Below are positions 16,257-20,000 of a stretch of DNA of 20,000 nt, one piece after another; positions within the stretch are counted from its first letter, which is position 1; every line of letters begins with the position of its first letter. Origin of the DNA: an uncultured virus (IMG/VR IMGVR_UViG_3300046000_006880). Taxonomy: Duplodnaviria; Heunggongvirae; Uroviricota; Caudoviricetes. Location of the stretch: the IMG/VR virus record IMGVR_UViG_3300046000_006880; one strand, given 5' to 3'. The notes beneath the pieces are model-generated. The model did not search any database. It was given only the letters and a program-made list of their open reading frames with translations, and was not told where the DNA came from. The translations under genes were made by a program, and so were the position numbers.

Positions 16257-16342
16257 AGTCCAGTTACTTCTTGAGCAATTGTTTGTGTTTCAGCAAGAAT
16301 GGTATTGATTACTATTCCATTTTCAATTACTGCATAATTCAT
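16163..16342 (-). CDS. 59-aa partner of Gly-rich protein (copy 1); not in ORF track
   Basis: Hand translation MNYAVIENGIVINTILAETQTIAQEVTGLTCVEYTDENPAGIGYTYDGTNFIPPTIEEK*, with AAGGAGA RBS. Paralogue of 15147-15332 and 14059-14250. Confidence 0.85.
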   Translation of the reverse strand: MNYAVIENGIVINTILAETQTIAQEVTGLTCVEYTDENPAGIGYTYDGTNFIPPTIEEK

Positions 16343-16351
16343 TTTATCTCC

Positions 16352-17296
16352 TTAGAATCGTAATACATAAACAACACCAGCGGTACCATTTCCGCCTGCG
16401 TTGCTACCAGATTGACTAGCATTTGCACCTTGTCCGCCTCTACCTGCTCCACCTGCAAAACCAGAAGTTACAGAAGCACCAGCACTTGCTCCACGTGTGC
16501 CACCACCGCCTCCACCAGTAGTTGCATTTATTACCCAAGGAGCAGTCAATGTATTAGCAATACCAGGTCCTCCACTTGCAGATCCAGATGCACCGCCTCC
16601 ACCTTGTCCTCCTGTAGTGTTAATTGTTCCTCCAGTAGCAGTTCCACCCGTGTAAGTAGCACCGCCACCCGCACTTAAAGAACCAAATGTAGTAGTTCCT
16701 CCTGAAGTTCCGTTGCTGCCGCCATTGTTTCCAAAGTTAGGTGCTCCTGCTCCACCTGTTCCAAAAGATCCAATAGTTACAGAAATTGATCCCGTTAGTT
16801 GTACAAGTCCGTAACAAATAGAACCACCACCTCCACCATTACCTCCACTTGCAAAAGTAGTATTGTTCCACCCGCCTCCGCCGCCACCGCCTCCGCCGCC
16901 AACACACACAACATAACCAATTCCAGTTCCTGTATAAGTACCTGATGATGTAATTATATCAAGAGTTCCAGTAACTGAAGATACGGGGTTTCCAGTAAGT
17001 GTTGCAGAAATTACAATAGACGAACCAGTATTAACATAATAGCCAATTCTTGTTGCTGCAGTTGCAAGATTGAAAGTAACTGTTCCAGATGCTGTTGTTG
17101 CACTTCCAATATAAGTTGTTCCATTCCAAAAATCAACAACCGCAATTGATCCAGACGCACAAGTAATTGTATAGGTACCTGCTGCAAAGGCATTCGTTCC
17201 ATTGTACATAGTGTTTGCACTTGTTGCGGTAAAGGTTTGTGCAATTGTTGAAGCCGCTGCTGCACTAGCAGCTATTGGGAAGACTGTATTTGCCAT
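16352..17296 (-). CDS. Glycine-rich adhesin-like protein with an extra N-terminal beta domain (copy 1)
   Basis: MANTVFPIA N-terminus, ~100-aa Thr-rich domain, VVCVGGGGGGGGGG, VTIGSFG and C-terminal GTAGVVYVLRF. AGGAGA RBS. Confidence 0.8.
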   Translation of the reverse strand: MANTVFPIAASAAAASTIAQTFTATSANTMYNGTNAFAAGTYTITCASGSIAVVDFWNGTTYIGSATTASGTVTFNLATAATRIGYYVNTGSSIVISATLTGNPVSSVTGTLDIITSSGTYTGTGIGYVVCVGGGGGGGGGGWNNTTFASGGNGGGGGSICYGLVQLTGSISVTIGSFGTGGAGAPNFGNNGGSNGTSGGTTTFGSLSAGGGATYTGGTATGGTINTTGGQGGGGASGSASGGPGIANTLTAPWVINATTGGGGGGTRGASAGASVTSGFAGGAGRGGQGANASQSGSNAGGNGTAGVVYVLRF

Positions 17297-17307
17297 TGTT
17301 ATTTCTC

Positions 17308-17373
17308 CTATATTGTTGGATATTTGAATATGTCAAGGTCAGCTGCTTCCACTGGAAAATCTCTGCGACCCAT
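17308..17373 (-). CDS. 21-aa micro-ORF leading the Gly-rich array; not in ORF track
   Basis: AAAGGA-N7-ATG, MGRRDFPVEAADLDIFKYPTI*. Its TAG overlaps the next gene's RBS (TAGGAGA). Confidence 0.5.
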   Translation of the reverse strand: MGRRDFPVEAADLDIFKYPTI

Positions 17374-17416
17374 TAGTTAGTCCTTTGTTAAAATAAAGCG
17401 GTAGCCTTATAAACAC

Positions 17417-17425
17417 ATTATAACA
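17417..17425 (-). promoter_or_regulatory. Extended -10 promoter TGTTATAAT for the Gly-rich array
   Basis: Lies immediately after the collagen-gene stop and ~45 nt upstream of the micro-ORF. Confidence 0.6.
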
Positions 17426-17429
17426 TATA

Positions 17430-18158
17430 TTAAGATACAGAGATATAGACAGATTTAATCATTGCTTCACATGGATTATCTGTTCTTATTTGTGGTATTG
17501 CTCCAAAAGATTGTATTTTTTGATCCTCAACAAAAACGGTCTGCTCAATAGAAAAATCATAGTCATACTGGTATTTTAAGTTTCCTACATAGGACAATGG
17601 AGATATAGAATCATTGTCTAAAAATGTTTTAAACCAAACCTCAGTATTTGTTGTATATGTGGTCAAGGATACGTTATAACGAATTGTTACTATTGCTCCA
17701 ACATTTAAGGTTTTAAAGTTTAACTTCTGTGTAGATTTGTTCCATAAAGAAACATTGCCTTTAGGTAAATAAGCCTCTTGTGTATTACTTGATGTGCTAT
17801 TTAGTAAAAGGTTAACCCAACCATCTTCACCTTCATTAATTCCAGTTCTTTCTTGTTTAGGATATTTATTTTCATAATATCCCCAACCAATCATCTGTTC
17901 AGAAGGAGATGCTAAACTTTTACCATTAATTCCATTTTTACCATCTTTGCCATCTATACCTGGATCGCCTTTATCGCCTTTTAATCCTTGTATACCCTGT
18001 AAACCTTGTGGGCCTATTTCTCCTTTAGGACCTCGCTCACCTGTGGGCCCAGGTACTGGAAGAAATAAAAATTGACCATCACTGTCTTGAGACTGTTCTA
18101 CTTTAGTAGCGTATGTAGATTTTTTAATTGGCGAGTCCATACTTTTGGATACAGCCAT
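17430..18158 (-). CDS. Collagen-like (Gly-X-Y) fibre protein with C-terminal globular domain
   Basis: 15 consecutive triplets: [45 protein letters not shown]. Confidence 0.85.
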   Translation of the reverse strand: MAVSKSMDSPIKKSTYATKVEQSQDSDGQFLFLPVPGPTGERGPKGEIGPQGLQGIQGLKGDKGDPGIDGKDGKNGINGKSLASPSEQMIGWGYYENKYPKQERTGINEGEDGWVNLLLNSTSSNTQEAYLPKGNVSLWNKSTQKLNFKTLNVGAIVTIRYNVSLTTYTTNTEVWFKTFLDNDSISPLSYVGNLKYQYDYDFSIEQTVFVEDQKIQSFGAIPQIRTDNPCEAMIKSVYISVS

Positions 18159-18164
18159 AAGGTG

Positions 18165-18248
18165 TTACTTCTTTACTTTAAATATTGTCCCGTTTATCTT
18201 AATGATAGGTGGGAGTTTAATGTTTGTGTCATTAATTTTAATTATCAT
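18165..18248 (-). CDS. 27-aa basic micro-protein; not in ORF track
   Basis: MIIKINDTNIKLPPIIKINGTIFKVKK*. It has an ATGA overlap with the stop of 18245-18640 and fills the intergenic gap almost exactly. Confidence 0.6.
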   Translation of the reverse strand: MIIKINDTNIKLPPIIKINGTIFKVKK

Positions 18249-18640
18249 AAAACACTCACAGGTGTAATATCTCCAAGAACACAAATTGTTCCAATTACTG
18301 GAGTCCAAGTTATTGTTGTATTTCCGTCTGGAACTGTTGCTTGTAAATCAAAAGAAAGTTCTGATACTACTGATTTATATTTTGTTCCCCAATTTGCTGT
18401 AGTTTCTGCTGGAGCTGTAACTGTCACAACGCTATTAGCTACTGTTACTGGAAGGTCATCTAAAACGTCTGATGTTGGATCATAAGCTGTTGCAGAGTAT
18501 GTCCAGCCATCTGTATCAAATTCTGTAACTTCGTCATTTTCAAGAAGGGATACTGTAAATGAGGCAGAATCACCACGAACCACAGTCCATTGTATATTTG
18601 CTGGGGTGGCCCCAAATTTTTCTATTGTAGGTGAGCACAT
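18245..18640 (-). CDS. Baseplate/adaptor-like beta-sandwich protein (WTVVRGD family, paralogue 2)
   Basis: IQWTVVRGDSASF...FDLQ...TWTPVIGTI.V.GDIT is homologous to 12512-12916. Confidence 0.6.
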   Translation of the reverse strand: MCSPTIEKFGATPANIQWTVVRGDSASFTVSLLENDEVTEFDTDGWTYSATAYDPTSDVLDDLPVTVANSVVTVTAPAETTANWGTKYKSVVSELSFDLQATVPDGNTTITWTPVIGTICVLGDITPVSVL

Positions 18641-18647
18641 ATCATTG

Positions 18648-18656
18648 ATTATACCA
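18648..18656 (-). promoter_or_regulatory. Extended -10 promoter, probable leaderless transcript
   Basis: TGGTATAAT-CAATGAT-ATG (7-nt spacer, no SD). Confidence 0.7.
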
Positions 18657-18659
18657 TAA

Positions 18660-18718
18660 TAAATAGGATTGACTCCTAGGGGCAGTGGGGTGGGTAGAGA
18701 GCAACCTAGGAGCCAACC
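18660..18718 (-). ncRNA. Candidate small RNA: 14-bp stem with a 24-nt C/U-rich loop
   Basis: GGUUGGCUCCUAGG-[UUGCUCUCUACCCACCCCACUGCC]-CCUAGGAGUCAAUC. It pairs fully only on the minus strand (two G-U pairs) and begins 7 nt below TGTTATAAT (18725-18733). Confidence 0.55.
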
Positions 18719-18769
18719 ATTATGATTATAACATTATATTATAAATTAACCAGGGTATATGAATTTTAA

Positions 18770-18788
18770 TTGTTATCAAATTGTTATA
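18770..18788. promoter_or_regulatory. 11-bp-period direct-repeat box (MtrA-like), copy 2
   Basis: TTGTTATCAAATTGTTATA (reverse complement TATAACAATTTGATAACAA). TGTTAT occurs at 18771 and 18782. Confidence 0.5.
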
Positions 18789-18919
18789 TTAGTAATAGTA
18801 CCAAATGTCCACTTTATACCAATAGGCCAGAGTATTGATAGTGTATACTTAAAATATATAAAGAAAAGAATAACTAACTAGTAAGGTTTTTAAGATATCT
18901 TATATATTATATATAGTAG

Positions 18920-19204
18920 TTATTTAGAGCGAGAAACATATTCAAGCAATATCTCATACATATGATCTAGTTTATCACTAGTTGCTTTTCTCAATTGCTT
19001 TGCTTCTTCTTGTTCCGCTTTAATTGCCCTAATTTCATCACGCATGCTGGTTCCGCCGTTAGTTTTGGTTTCGGCACGAATATCGCAAACCGCTTCGTGT
19101 ATAGGCTTGATCTGGACTTTAATATACCAACGAATTCCGCTAAGTAAAATTCCCCCGATTGAGAGTAATGTAAGGACAAATCCTGCCCATTCGGTTGCGG
19201 TCAT
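18920..19204 (-). CDS. Single-pass membrane protein with coiled-coil tail (actinophage lysis-region type)
   Basis: N-terminal TM helix (WAGFVLTLLSIGGILLSGIRWYI), NGGTSMRD motif and a helical C-terminus. Preceded by TGATATAAT-N9-ATG (19214-19222). Confidence 0.7.
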   Translation of the reverse strand: MTATEWAGFVLTLLSIGGILLSGIRWYIKVQIKPIHEAVCDIRAETKTNGGTSMRDEIRAIKAEQEEAKQLRKATSDKLDHMYEILLEYVSRSK

Positions 19205-19358
19205 AATAAGATAATTATATCATTATATAATATTAAAAAATACAAGTTCGCACGATATAAGTCTTCGCCAATTTTTAAATTCGCCGAAATAGAGGGTATT
19301 AAACCACCTATGTACAAACCCTGCATTACACATGCAAATATGTACAATATACGGTGTA

Positions 19359-19387
19359 TGGACATATAAACCTTTCTACGCTACAAT
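19359..19387 (+). promoter_or_regulatory. Promoter TGGACA-17-TACAAT, probable leaderless transcript
   Basis: -35 at 19359-19364, -10 at 19382-19387, ATG 6 nt later at 19394. Confidence 0.6.
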
Positions 19388-19393
19388 TGGATA

Positions 19394-20000
19394 ATGGTAG
19401 ATAGCATCAAAGATATTCTGAAAATATTTTTAATTGAGAAGTTACGGCTTCATCACATGTTATACCGACTGCCTGCGATATCTGAATTCCTGGAAGAATT
19501 AATTGCTGAGGTTTTGCAGGAAAACGGATACCCAAATGACTGGAAGCCAAATCGCTCACATACTGTATCTAAAGACCTCACGTTGCTCGGTTCAAAAGAC
19601 CTAACGCTAAATGAGGGAAAGTCTTTTTCAATTAAGTCTGGTATTTATGATCCAAAAAAGAAAACCCTAAAATTTTCGGGGAGTAGATTAGGAAAACACG
19701 ACACAATAGAATCTATGGTAGAAGCAATAGAAGATACTCATGCAGATTTCTACATATGCCTTGCAAAAGCCCCAGAAGACTGGTCTAATATACCAGGAAA
19801 GGCAGATCCTAAGTGTTATTACCTATTTGTATTTGAAGCCTCTAAATTAGACTATAATGGCCAATGGGGTGTGAAAGAATCTAAGAAAGGTGGTTTTAAA
19901 TACGTGATAGATAAACCAGGCTTTCATGCTAAAATATCTGCGTCAATGTCATATCAACTCTGGACTACCGTGGATTGTTCTATTATAGGCGATCCAGAGA
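19394..20000 (+). CDS. Putative PD-(D/E)xK restriction-endonuclease-like protein; 3' end outside window
   Basis: Hand translation MVDSIKDILKIFLIEKLRLHHMLYRLPAISEFLEELIAEVLQENGYPNDWKPNRSHTVSKDLTLLGSKDLTLNEGKSFSIKSG...FSGSRLG...DFYICLAK...YYLFVF...SMSYQLW, open for ~202 codons. It shows a helix-E / D / SxK catalytic-like spacing. Confidence 0.55.
   Translation, partial: MVDSIKDILKIFLIEKLRLHHMLYRLPAISEFLEELIAEVLQENGYPNDWKPNRSHTVSKDLTLLGSKDLTLNEGKSFSIKSGIYDPKKKTLKFSGSRLGKHDTIESMVEAIEDTHADFYICLAKAPEDWSNIPGKADPKCYYLFVFEASKLDYNGQWGVKESKKGGFKYVIDKPGFHAKISASMSYQLWTTVDCSIIGDPE

Noticed and set aside
18679..18694. G-quadruplex on the plus strand
   Set aside because: There are only three tracts of three or more Gs. 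The minus-strand stem-loop with a promoter explains the sequence better.
19310..19369. 19-aa ORF MYKPCITHANMYNIRCMDI
   Set aside because: Weak RBS, overlap with the predicted -35 of the nuclease gene, and no supporting motif.

Overview
This looks like a segment of a large, AT-rich tailed phage, probably a freshwater actinobacteriophage. The host is inferred from the monomeric class II RNR, an NGG(T/S)SMRD membrane protein, leaderless extended -10 promoters and MtrA-like boxes. Almost all genes are on the minus strand. From left to right: (1) a B12-dependent class II ribonucleotide reductase (nrdJ) that runs off the left edge; (2) a tail/receptor-binding module with two paralogous DUF1566/C-type-lectin-fold genes, an Mtd_N-domain fibre and repeat-rich fibre proteins; (3) an AT-richer five-gene glycan cassette (TylF-like methyltransferase, UDP-galactopyranose mutase glf, DUF707, GT2-like, GT25-FkbM fusion) inside the structural region; (4) a lone plus-strand secreted lytic transglycosylase with its own promoter and terminator; (5) a three-unit array of [Gly-rich adhesin-like gene + ~60-aa partner] joined by near-identical DNA repeats; (6) a collagen-like protein and baseplate-like paralogues; (7) a candidate small RNA with a C-rich loop; (8) a membrane protein and a divergent PD-(D/E)xK-like nuclease that runs off the right edge. 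Five ORFs absent from the supplied track were read by hand (3-1772, 16163-16342, 17308-17373, 18165-18248, 19394-20000). All family assignments come from motif recognition, not database searches.
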